From Candidatus Krumholzibacteriia bacterium (GTDB lineage: Bacteria; Krumholzibacteriota; Krumholzibacteriia; JAJRXK01), in assembly GCA_035268685.1 (NCBI GenBank), contig DATFKK010000087.1:15717-79716 (forward strand): a stretch of 64,000 nt of DNA. The letters run 5' to 3'. Below, piece by piece: positions 10,421 through 18,757 of the stretch. Position 1 is the first letter of the stretch. Each line of letters starts with the position of its first letter. A program made the position numbers and the translations under genes. Under the pieces are notes generated by a model. The model saw nothing but the letters and a program-made list of their open reading frames with translations, did not search any database and was not told the origin of the DNA.

Positions 10421-10837
10421 GATCGGTCCGCGCCGCGGCGGACTGATCCGGGCGAAGTGCAGTCCCAGCGTCATCAGGGCCACGGCCGTCCAGAGCAGGA
10501 GACGCAGGACGTTGGTGGAGCGCAGCACGCCCGAGGCTGCGTAGCGAGGACGTCCCCGACTTCCGCGCTCGACGGCCTTCCAGAGTTGCAGCACGGCCAG
10601 TACCGACGCCACCGTCACCAGGACCAGGGGAGTCCGCGCGGGACTCGCCCAGGGGCTCAGGGCGAGCGCGGCCAGCGCGATGTCGGCGACGGCCAGCGTG
10701 CGATTGTGCGCGTGACTCCAGGCGGTCGTGCGGCGGCGGGCCGTGCCGAGCAACAGCGCCAGGGCCTCGCTCACGGTCAGTCCCGCGGCGAGCAGGTTCA
10801 CGGCTGGCAGGAACTGGATCACGAAGAACATGGGCAC
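10142..10837 (-). CDS. hypothetical small membrane protein (3' third overlaps agmatinase antisense)
   Basis: First ~139 aa are strongly hydrophobic with ~4 TM helices and fill the agmatinase/next-gene gap exactly. The remainder is antisense of speB. No stop until 10142. Confidence 0.3.
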   Translation of the reverse strand: MPMFFVIQFLPAVNLLAAGLTVSEALALLLGTARRRTTAWSHAHNRTLAVADIALAALALSPWASPARTPLVLVTVASVLAVLQLWKAVERGSRGRPRYAASGVLRSTNVLRLLLWTAVALMTLGLHFARISPPRRGPISTPPAGRETVRQDLESELGGDHLVHLALPHGRHLDHVGPEDLGIALPHGGTYHVERLFPAQATGLRGAGARAERAVEPVDVDGQVDGPVQSP

Positions 10838-10942
10838 CTCGGGCGCAGGCGTCGAAGGGATGCGGTGGAGGGCGGGAGCTCACGCGCGGTGCGGTCGACG
10901 TCGTGGGGCCGGCCCTGTCGATCGCGGCGATGCCCCTGGCGG

Positions 10943-11416
10943 TCAGCGCACCCAGTCCCGGACCTCGGGGTCCTCCTGTGCGACCTCGTCGTAGAGCCGT
11001 GCCGATCGGTCGAAGTAGGTGAGCTTGGCCGCGACCATGAGCGCGCCACCACCGACCGTGAGCACCGGGTCGAACAGGATCGCGCCGCTGATCATGACGA
11101 TCGTCCCGATACTGCCCGCGATCGCCAGAAGGGTGGTCAGCCACTTCTGGCCGGAGTCGACGTCCCAGCGGCCGCGGGCGGCCCGGACGCGTTCCCCGAA
11201 GGTCGCGCGCGAGACCCAGCTCGCCGTCGATGCCGGCGGCGGGATCAGACGCGGGGCCGCGATCGACCAGCCCAGGAGCACCAGCAGCGCCAGCAGGTAC
11301 CAGGGGTCGAACCACTGGCGCGACCACAGGGCCGCGGCGAAGAGTGGAAGGGCGGCCAGACGCGACCACACGGTTGCCGGATGGGCTCGGCGTTCCCAGA
11401 CCTCTTCGGTGCTCAT
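10943..11416 (-). CDS. hypothetical membrane protein
   Basis: Start MSTEEVWERR overlaps the upstream cupin stop (ATGA). Three or four predicted TM helices. Confidence 0.45.
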   Translation of the reverse strand: MSTEEVWERRAHPATVWSRLAALPLFAAALWSRQWFDPWYLLALLVLLGWSIAAPRLIPPPASTASWVSRATFGERVRAARGRWDVDSGQKWLTTLLAIAGSIGTIVMISGAILFDPVLTVGGGALMVAAKLTYFDRSARLYDEVAQEDPEVRDWVR

Positions 11417-11778
11417 GCGTCCTCCGGGTCGCGGTGCACGGTCTCGGGGGAGAAGGCCGGCAGACACACCGCGATGTACTCGGCGCCCTCCGGCGTGCTG
11501 TAGCGGATCCATTCACCCGGTGCGGTGATCACGGCCTCGCCGGCGCGGACCTCCAGGCGGCCACCCTCGTACTCGACGTGCACGGCGCCGTCGAGGACCA
11601 CGGTGATCTCCTCGAACTCGGGGCGCTGTCCCGGTTCGATCCAGCCCGCCGGTGACTTCATGCGGGCCACGCTGACGGCGTCGTGGCCGCTGTTCACGCG
11701 ACCGGCGAATTCCTCGATCCGTTTCGGCTCGGTGCCGGCGGCTTCGATCACGGTGGGTGCGTCGATCTTGCGAGGCAC
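11413..11778 (-). CDS. cupin domain protein
   Basis: ~120 aa beta-barrel-like sequence (VVLDGAVHVEYEGGRLEVRAGEAVITAPGEWIRY). Translationally coupled to the downstream membrane protein. Confidence 0.55.
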   Translation of the reverse strand: MPRKIDAPTVIEAAGTEPKRIEEFAGRVNSGHDAVSVARMKSPAGWIEPGQRPEFEEITVVLDGAVHVEYEGGRLEVRAGEAVITAPGEWIRYSTPEGAEYIAVCLPAFSPETVHRDPEDA

Positions 11779-11808
11779 GGTACGGACCTCTCGTGAGGGG
11801 GAGCGGGG

Positions 11809-12849
11809 TCAGTCGTCGTCGACCAGGCCGGCCAACAGGTCGCGGGGGCCGAAGACCAGTTCGAACTCCTCGCACACCACGTCCATGTTCGGCGAGAAGT
11901 GGCGTCCGGACGCCGCGAGGACGCGTTCGTAGTACGCCTGGTGGTCGCGTCGCCAGTTCTCGAGGCTGCCGTCGCCCTCGCCCTCGCGACCGGCGAACGC
12001 ACGGGTGACGTGCTCGAAGGCACACACCCGAACCCTCGTGGTGCGCACGATGGCCCGGGCGACACCGCGGCCGTCGAGGACCACGGTGTGGTCGCCCACG
12101 CGTGGTAGGGGTCGTCCGGTGGCCTCGAGTTCGGCCACGCTGGGCGCCGTGGCGCGCTTGCGGCCGGTCAGGATCAGATTGCAGAGTTCGTCGGCGAGCT
12201 CCTGGCTGTCGCCGAAGCGATCGGCCGTGAAGGTCCAGGGGGTGTGCGCGGGGTCCTGGTCGTTCCGCTCGAGATAGGTGTTCCAGAGCGCGCGGATCGA
12301 AGGGTCGACCCGTTCCCGCCCGGCGCCCGGGTCCACACGGACGTACTCGCACTGTAGCAGCCCGTTCGGATGGCGGTCGACTCCGGCGAGCTCGAAGTGG
12401 TGTTCACAGGCCGCGCCGTCGAAGAGGGGACGCCCGCTCCCGAGCACGATCGGATGGATCGCCACGCGCAGCTCGTCGATCAGGCCCGCCGCGAGGAAGG
12501 ACGCCGCCAACTCGCCGCCCCCGACCAGCCAGAGATGGCCGCCCGGGGCGTCGCGCAGAGCTGCGACCACCGACTCCGGGGTGTCGTCGAGGAAGCGAAC
12601 GTGTTCGTCGACCTCGCCCGCGCGGGTTCGGCTGAACACGTAGCCCTTCTTGTCGCCGTAGGGGTAGTCGCCGAATCCGAGGACCTGCTCGTAGGTTCGC
12701 CGTCCCATGAGCACGGTGTCGACGGTGTCGCAGAAGGCCTCGAAGCCGAGGTCCTCGTCGGTGGAGAGCCAATCGACGGCTCCGTCCTCACGGGCGACGA
12801 AGCCGTCGAGACTGGTGGCGACGTAGTAGACGACCCGGCGATCGTGCAC
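11809..12849 (-). CDS. dihydrofolate-reductase-family (RibD C-terminal-like) / ASCH domain fusion protein
   Basis: N-terminal VVYYVATSLDGFVA...VLMGRRTYE...WLVGGGELAASFLAAGLIDELRVAIHPIVLG matches the DHFR/RibD_C fold. C-terminal half resembles an ASCH domain. Confidence 0.6.
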   Translation of the reverse strand: MHDRRVVYYVATSLDGFVAREDGAVDWLSTDEDLGFEAFCDTVDTVLMGRRTYEQVLGFGDYPYGDKKGYVFSRTRAGEVDEHVRFLDDTPESVVAALRDAPGGHLWLVGGGELAASFLAAGLIDELRVAIHPIVLGSGRPLFDGAACEHHFELAGVDRHPNGLLQCEYVRVDPGAGRERVDPSIRALWNTYLERNDQDPAHTPWTFTADRFGDSQELADELCNLILTGRKRATAPSVAELEATGRPLPRVGDHTVVLDGRGVARAIVRTTRVRVCAFEHVTRAFAGREGEGDGSLENWRRDHQAYYERVLAASGRHFSPNMDVVCEEFELVFGPRDLLAGLVDDD

Positions 12850-12896
12850 GGCTCACTCCTCCCGAGGGACGAGGCTCGTGCCGATCGCCGCGATGG

Positions 12897-13862
12897 TCAA
12901 GACTCGCTGGCCTCGGTCTCGGCCGTCAGGATGGCCACGCGGACCTCGGGGGGTGACTTCCTGCGGTCGATGCTGACCACGCGCACGGGGATCTCCTGTC
13001 CCACCTCGTAGTAGGCGCCGGCATCGGGTACGAAGCCGCGGTTCATGTCCTTCACGTGCAGCAGGGTCTTGGCGTGCTGATGCAGGTCGAGGAACACCCC
13101 GTACTTCTTGACCGTCTGCACACGGCACTCGACCACGTCGCCCACCTCGGGGAGGTCGATCGACTCGGGGTCGATGGGTTCCGGTGCCATGCCCGGTTCG
13201 TATTCGTCGTCGTACTCGTCATCGTACTCGTCGTACTCGTCGTCGTATTCGTCTTCGTACTCGTCGTCGTACTCGTCTTCATCGGCGGCTGCCCTCGAGG
13301 GGGCTTGGGCCTGGGTGCCGTTCTCGCGCCGCTCCCGCGGCTCTGGCGGACGTTTGTCGCTCTCGACTGCGTCGCGCAGGTCGTTGAGGTCGATGAAGTT
13401 CACGCCGACCTGCTGTCGCAGTTCCACCGCCACGTTCTGGGGCGTGGCGGCCACCATCACGCGCTTGCCCCGGCGTTGCAGGGTCTCGAGGAGCGGGACG
13501 AAGTCGCTGTCGCCGGTGACGAAGACCGCCGTGTCGTAGTGGTCGGCCTCGCTGAGTGCGTCGATCGCCAGTTCGATGTCCAGGCTGCCCTTCATGTGGT
13601 AGGTGCCCGACGTCCGGTCGAAGACCTGCTTCAGCACCTTCTTGCGGATGGAGAATCCGATCAGGGTCAGGTGGTGCAGGAAGCGCTCCTGCTCGGGTTC
13701 CGGAGTGCGGTTGTAGGCCTGGTACCAACGCGCCGCCACCAGCTCACGGCCTTCACGCATGGCCGCGAGGAATCGCGGCCATTCGATCCACCAGCCGAGT
13801 GCTTCCTTCTGGGCGAAATAGACGTTGGCGCCATCGACGAAGATGGCCACACGTTCGGCCAT
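12897..13862 (-). CDS. NYN-domain (LabA-like) nuclease fused to S1 RNA-binding domain, acidic (DEY)n linker
   Basis: NYN signature VAIFVDGANVY ... VFVTGDSDFVPLLETLQRRGKRV. C-terminal S1-like GDVVECRVQTVKKYGVFLDL. Linker EYDDEYEDEYDDEYDEYDDEYDDEYE is encoded by tandem nucleotide repeats. Confidence 0.65.
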   Translation of the reverse strand: MAERVAIFVDGANVYFAQKEALGWWIEWPRFLAAMREGRELVAARWYQAYNRTPEPEQERFLHHLTLIGFSIRKKVLKQVFDRTSGTYHMKGSLDIELAIDALSEADHYDTAVFVTGDSDFVPLLETLQRRGKRVMVAATPQNVAVELRQQVGVNFIDLNDLRDAVESDKRPPEPRERRENGTQAQAPSRAAADEDEYDDEYEDEYDDEYDEYDDEYDDEYEPGMAPEPIDPESIDLPEVGDVVECRVQTVKKYGVFLDLHQHAKTLLHVKDMNRGFVPDAGAYYEVGQEIPVRVVSIDRRKSPPEVRVAILTAETEASES

Positions 13863-14138
13863 GGGAACACCTCGTTCCGACTGTGTTCGTGGACGAGGGG
13901 TCGGGAGCCGGCCACGAACGTTCTCGTAGAGCGAAGAGGAAGGAGGTTCGACACTCGATTCCAGTTCGCGTGCTGTTGCAATGGGCCCACGACGCGATGA
14001 CGTCGTTCGCGGGCCGGGGTCGCGGATCGTTCCGCGCGGTGTCGATCAGTCCCTACGTTCCGGCCCGTCGGGCCCTCGACGCGTGAGAAGTCCATTGCGA
14101 CGACGTCGGGGCCGTTGCCCATGCAATCGCAGGACAAG

Positions 14139-15194
14139 CTAGTCGACGCGAACCAGCGTGCCACCCCGGCGCTCGACGGTGCCGATCCGTGCAGCCTGCT
14201 CGTAGCCGGCCGCGCGGAGTGCCCGCAGGGCGTCTTCGGCCCGATCCGCGGGAACGCTCGCCACGAGGGGGCCGGAGGTCTGTGGATCGTGCAGGAGTTC
14301 GGCCCGTTCCGCCGCGAGTTCGCGCGTGATCTCCATGCGCTCGACGGCGTGGCGCGTGTTGGCCTGTGCGCCGCCGCACGTGAAGCCCTCGGCCAGCATC
14401 TGCAGCGCACCCGGGAGCTCGGGAATGGCCTCGTGGTCGAGACACAGCGTCACGTCGCTGGCCTCGGCCATCTCGGCCATGTGTCCGCTCAGGCCGAATC
14501 CTGTGATGTCGGTCGCGGCGCGGGCCCCGTGGGCGCGGGCGATCTCGGCGGCCGGGCCGTTCGAGGTCGTCATGCCTCGGACGAGGTTCTCGAACCAGGG
14601 GTCGTCTTCGCCGAAACGTCCGCTCTTCAGCGCGGTCGACAGGGCCGAGGTGCCGATCGCCTTGTTGATCAACAGCACCTCGCCCGGTCGGGCATGGCGG
14701 TTGGTCAGGAGCTCGTCGGGGTGGATCTCGCCGACCACGGCCAGTCCGAACTTGAGCTCGGAGTCCTTCACCGTGTGGCCGCCGAGAACCGGGCACGACG
14801 CGGCGAGCGAGGCCTCGCTCGCACCGGCCAGCACCTCACGCAGGGCCTCGGCCGGGATCTTCGGAGAGAAACACGCCACGTTCAGGGCCATGAGCGGCCG
14901 GGCGCCCATGGCGTAGATGTCGCTGATCGAGTTGGTGGCCGCGATGCGCCCGAAGGTGAAGGGATCGTCGACGATCGGTGTGATCACGTCGACCGTGAAC
15001 ACGATCGCGCGGTCCTCGCTCACACGATAGACGGCGGCGTCGTCGGCGGGCTCGAGCCCGACGAGAATGCGGTCGTCGTCCGGGATCTTCGGCAATCCCT
15101 GCAGCACGATCTCCAGGTCCCCCGGAGCGAGCTTGGCCGCTCAACCGGCGGCGCTGGCGTACTGCGTCAGACGGATCCGTTGCTCGTCACTCAT
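14139..15194 (-). CDS. selD: selenide, water dikinase (selenophosphate synthetase), Sec-containing selenoprotein (in-frame TGA at 15143..15141)
   Basis: N-terminus MSDEQRIRLTQYASAAG-U-AAKLAPGDLEIVLQGLP aligns with E. coli SelD [23 protein letters not shown], with TGA at the Cys17 position. Downstream AIR-synthase-like domain motif DITGFGLSGH. The ORF track starts at the internal Met at 15107. Confidence 0.8.
15111..15127 (-). promoter_or_regulatory. candidate SECIS-like hairpin 14 nt downstream of selD UGA
   Basis: mRNA CUCCGG-GGGAC-CUGGAG forms a 6-bp stem with a 5-nt loop just 3' of the recoded UGA. Consistent with, but not diagnostic of, a bacterial SECIS. Confidence 0.3.
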
Positions 15195-15213
15195 GGCTCA
15201 CCCCCTTGCGTGG

Positions 15214-16479
15214 TCAGAACGTGAAGGTGTCCTCGAACACGAAGACGTCCTCGCCGTCGTCGGTACGGGCCCACTCGAAGCGGAAGTTCCGCGTGTTGAA
15301 GTTGAAGTGCAAGCCCAGCCCGGAGCTGAAGCGGACTTGCTGATCGGCGAGGTCGGCGTCGTGCGCCCACGAGGTTCCCCGGTCGTGGAAGGCGTGCACG
15401 CCCACGCCGATGGTGCGGCCCTCGCGCAGCGGGAGCAGCAGCAGGGGACGCCGCAGCTCGACGCTCGCGCGCCAGGCCTCGTCGCCGACGAGACTGCCGA
15501 AGTCGACACCCCGGAGACTCATCGGTCCCCCGAGGTAGACCTTCTGGTAGAACGGAAGCGCGGTGTCGGTGGCCCGGAAGGCGCCGTTCACGCCCAGCAC
15601 GGTCGCCACGAGCGGCAGCGTGCGGAAGGCCGACAGCGAGATCGAACCGATCGTGTAGTCCTCCACGCCGTTGCTCATTCCACCGCGGAGGAGCTCCCCG
15701 CGGCCGTGGAGGCCGTGTCCCGGGTAGTAGCGCACGTCGCGACTGTCGTGGACCAGTCCGAGTGCGACGGCCGGGTCCTGGTCGATGCCGGCCCCTTCGA
15801 GCTCGAGCTCGCGCCAGCCGACCCGTGCCCGGACCGTCACCCACGGGTCGAAGGCGCGCCACACGCCCGCACTCGCGCCCCAGTCGGTGAACTCGTCGCG
15901 GGGGTCGATCGCACCGAGCTCGTATTCCCACTCGTACTGTTGCCAGTGGGCGGCGACGAACACGCCGAGACGCGCGGGGCCGAGGATCCACGGGTTCTGC
16001 CACACGATCCGGGCGCCACGCCGTGACCACGCGCTGACTTCCAGGTCCACGCTCTCGGCCCGGCCGGTCAGATTCAACCAGCCCAGGCGTAGCGTGCCCA
16101 GGAAGGATTCTCCGTAGCGCCGGCTGTACTCGAGTCCGGGCGCCCAGCGGAAGCGGGTGTCCTCTTCCACGCGCACGACCAGCTCGACGCGTGTGGGATC
16201 GGGGCGGATGGTCTCGATCTCGACGTAGGCGATGAAGTCCAGCGCCTCGAGGCGTTCCCAGGCTTCGCCGACGCGTTCGGGATCGTACTCGTCGCCGGCC
16301 TCGATCCGGAACGTGCGCTGCAGGACGTAGTCGCGGGTGATCTCGTTGCCGACGAACTCGACGCGTTCGACGGTCCTCTTGCCGCGGTTCTGCAGGAAAG
16401 GGTTCTGTGCCCCGGCCGGTGGGACGGGCAGGAGCAGGGCGACGATGAGCAGTGCGTAGAGCGTGTGCCGCAGGGACAT
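15214..16479 (-). CDS. Omp85/BamA-TamA family outer membrane protein (POTRA + beta-barrel)
   Basis: Signal peptide MSLRHTLYALLIVALLLPVPPAGAQ. POTRA-like VERVEFVGNEITRDYVLQRTF. Barrel ends with C-terminal ...FEDTFTF (terminal Phe). Confidence 0.7.
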   Translation of the reverse strand: MSLRHTLYALLIVALLLPVPPAGAQNPFLQNRGKRTVERVEFVGNEITRDYVLQRTFRIEAGDEYDPERVGEAWERLEALDFIAYVEIETIRPDPTRVELVVRVEEDTRFRWAPGLEYSRRYGESFLGTLRLGWLNLTGRAESVDLEVSAWSRRGARIVWQNPWILGPARLGVFVAAHWQQYEWEYELGAIDPRDEFTDWGASAGVWRAFDPWVTVRARVGWRELELEGAGIDQDPAVALGLVHDSRDVRYYPGHGLHGRGELLRGGMSNGVEDYTIGSISLSAFRTLPLVATVLGVNGAFRATDTALPFYQKVYLGGPMSLRGVDFGSLVGDEAWRASVELRRPLLLLPLREGRTIGVGVHAFHDRGTSWAHDADLADQQVRFSSGLGLHFNFNTRNFRFEWARTDDGEDVFVFEDTFTF

Positions 16480-16552
16480 GGACCGATCCCGGTGGGTCGG
16501 CGCACCGCCGTCCGGACGACGGGTGCGGGTCGCGCCGATGCGTGGCGGCAGT

Positions 16553-17308
16553 CTAGCGACGGGCGCCGGGCGTGGCCAGCGCGGAGGCCGGTGTCGCACT
16601 CGCCCCGCGAGTGGGGGTCTCGACGCGGGTCAGCTCGAGCTGTTCGATCCCCAGACCCACCGCCGACAGCGAATGTTGCAGGAAGTCGGTCCCGAGCACC
16701 GCCAGCCGACCGCGGTCGGAACCGATCCTCTCCACGTCGTCGGTGTCCTGTTCGAGGGCCTGCCCGAGCCCTGCCTCGACCAGCGTCGTCACCACCCGGT
16801 CGAAGTCCTGGGCACGCAGGTCCTCGGTGCAGCGCAGGAACGAGTCGTGGAAACGCACGGGATCGTACACGGCCAGGCGCGCGGCGCCGGTCATCTCGAG
16901 TGGCACGGCGCCGTGCCGACGGTCGTGGAAGAGCACGGGCGCATCGGTCCCGAACTCGAGGGGTACCAGCGATTCCGTGGCCACGAAGACCAGGTCGGCC
17001 GTGGTCGCCACGAAACGCGTGCGCCGCTTCAGACGGTCGGCTGCGTCGACGTCCACCCGCATGCGCGCGGCGAACTCGCGTCGATCGATGTCGCCAGGGT
17101 CCTCGCCTCGACGCAGGACGTGCACCGGGTGGCGGCCGGGAAGCATCGCGGCGACGACCTCTCCGTCGTCGCGTACGAGCGCGACCTCGCCCGTGTCGAC
17201 GGCCACGTCGACGCGTTCACCGGCCCAGGTCTGCAGGGACCGCGGCATGGCGAAGACCTCGCCGCGCTCGGCACCGCCCCAGGCGACGTGGGGGATCGAC
17301 GTGTCCAT
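16553..17308 (-). CDS. SPFH/Band-7_1-like (YdjI-like) protein
   Basis: Segment FGTDAPVLFHDRRHGAVPLEMTGAARLAVYDPVRFHDSF...GLGIEQLELTRVETP parallels the B. subtilis YdjI C-terminal pattern. Weak similarity recalled from memory. Confidence 0.4.
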   Translation of the reverse strand: MDTSIPHVAWGGAERGEVFAMPRSLQTWAGERVDVAVDTGEVALVRDDGEVVAAMLPGRHPVHVLRRGEDPGDIDRREFAARMRVDVDAADRLKRRTRFVATTADLVFVATESLVPLEFGTDAPVLFHDRRHGAVPLEMTGAARLAVYDPVRFHDSFLRCTEDLRAQDFDRVVTTLVEAGLGQALEQDTDDVERIGSDRGRLAVLGTDFLQHSLSAVGLGIEQLELTRVETPTRGASATPASALATPGARR

Positions 17309-17320
17309 GGAAGCCTCCCG

Positions 17321-17848
17321 TCACACGAGAAGAGATTGAGCCTCGCGCGTTCCGTCGTCGAGCAGCACGCGGTTGCGCCGCTCCAGGCGATCGTTCAGGT
17401 GCTGGAGTCGCTCGGCCATGTCCGCCGCGCTGTGCTCGAGCCAGCGATGGGCGACCGCCGGTGTGCGGAGGTCGCGCATGAGCTGCGCGCCTTCCTCCAG
17501 CAGCGCGATGATCCCGGCGTCGGCACGGGCCAGCGACTCGCGACGCGTCGACTCGTCGTCGTCCACGAGCACGGGTCGGAAACGATTGAGCTGGTCGAAC
17601 AGGTCGGCGATCCCGCCGAGCAAGACGTCGACGGCGTGCATCTCCGAGCGGGTCAACGGGGTGTCCGCGTGCTCGGCGGCGTCGAGCAATTGGTCGCCCC
17701 AGGACTTGATCACCCGACCCAGGGAGATCCGGAAATCGGATTCGCGGGACTTCACGACGTCGTGGTCGTCGTAACCCGAATACTCGGGCACGTGTTCGAA
17801 GACGTCGACGAGCACATCCGGAACGATGGCGGCGGAACGCGCGGACAT
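17321..17848 (-). CDS. hypothetical helical protein
   Basis: ATG at 17848 (MSARSAAIVPDVL). No recognisable motif. Sits between the Hsp20 and SPFH-like genes. Confidence 0.35.
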   Translation of the reverse strand: MSARSAAIVPDVLVDVFEHVPEYSGYDDHDVVKSRESDFRISLGRVIKSWGDQLLDAAEHADTPLTRSEMHAVDVLLGGIADLFDQLNRFRPVLVDDDESTRRESLARADAGIIALLEEGAQLMRDLRTPAVAHRWLEHSAADMAERLQHLNDRLERRNRVLLDDGTREAQSLLV

Positions 17849-18078
17849 GGTGTGGACCCCAGGGATGTTGCCGCGATCTCGCGAGCGCGCTGATGGTTTC
17901 GTGACCCGGGACGGCGTTCGGGGCCGTCCGGGGGGCAGAACGCGCAATCTCCGGGCCAGACACGACGAGGGGGCCCGTGCGCGGCACGAGCCCCCGATGG
18001 TTCCGGCGGAGTGGCGGTCACAGCGAGCCCGGATCCTGTCGAACACCTGCTCCGCCGGTCCCTCGTCGTTCCGTGTCG

Positions 18079-18507
18079 TTACGCGACGTTGATTCGACGC
18101 GGAAGAGCCTGCTCCTTCTTCGGCACGGTCAGCCGCAGCACGCCGTCGGCGAAGCGAGCCTCGATCTTGTCGGGTTCGACCTCGCGGCCCAGGGTGAAGC
18201 GGCGGACGAAGCGTGCAGACCCGGCACGTTCGAGGTGCACGCCGTGCAGATCCTCACCGTGCTCGCTCTTGCGCTCGCCCTCGATGCTCAGGACGTTGCG
18301 CTCGACCTCGACCTTCAGGTCGTCCTTGCGGATGCCCGGCAGGTCGGCCTCGAGTACGTAGTCCTTCTCGCTCTCGAAAACGTCGACCCGCGGTCGCAGG
18401 GTCACCGGCTCCTCGGTGTCGCCGTTGCGGTTGGCGGTCGGGGCATTGCCCCACATGCTGTTGAAGACTCGATCCATCTCGTCGAACTTGGTGATCAGGT
18501 GGTTCAT
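18079..18507 (-). CDS. Hsp20/alpha-crystallin small heat-shock protein
   Basis: Alpha-crystallin domain VDVFESEKDYVLEADLPGIRKDDLKVEVERNVLSIEGER...GVLRLTVPK. Strong GGAGGAACC Shine-Dalgarno before ATG 18507. Confidence 0.8.
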   Translation of the reverse strand: MNHLITKFDEMDRVFNSMWGNAPTANRNGDTEEPVTLRPRVDVFESEKDYVLEADLPGIRKDDLKVEVERNVLSIEGERKSEHGEDLHGVHLERAGSARFVRRFTLGREVEPDKIEARFADGVLRLTVPKKEQALPRRINVA

Positions 18508-18757
18508 CGAGGTTCCTCCGTCGTGGTCTCGAAACTGTCCTCGTGGCAGTTGCCGGGGCTCGATCCCCCGTGGTTCTCGTCTCGCTGCCTCCGCCCGACG
18601 CACAACCAAGTGCGATGCCAGGCTCCGACGTGGTGGTCCGAACGTGAGCAAGTCGTTGCAGAGCAGGGATTTGCGGTGTCGTCCACGAAGCCTTCGGGGC
18701 GAGGGTGCCTGCCAGCCGCCCCAGGGCCGACAGGGGATAGCTGCCAAAAGGGCAGTC

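Noticed and set aside
13863-14138. tRNA-Sec (selC) in the gap beside selD
   Set aside because: The T-loop-like aggttcgacactc does not sit in a foldable cloverleaf with an 8-bp acceptor stem. The nested inverted repeats (cgttcgtgg/ccacgaacg) look like a terminator/promoter structure instead.
14836-15144. 102-aa minus ORF overlapping the selD 5' end
   Set aside because: Out-of-frame overlap with the SelD N-terminus reconstructed through the Sec codon. No motif.
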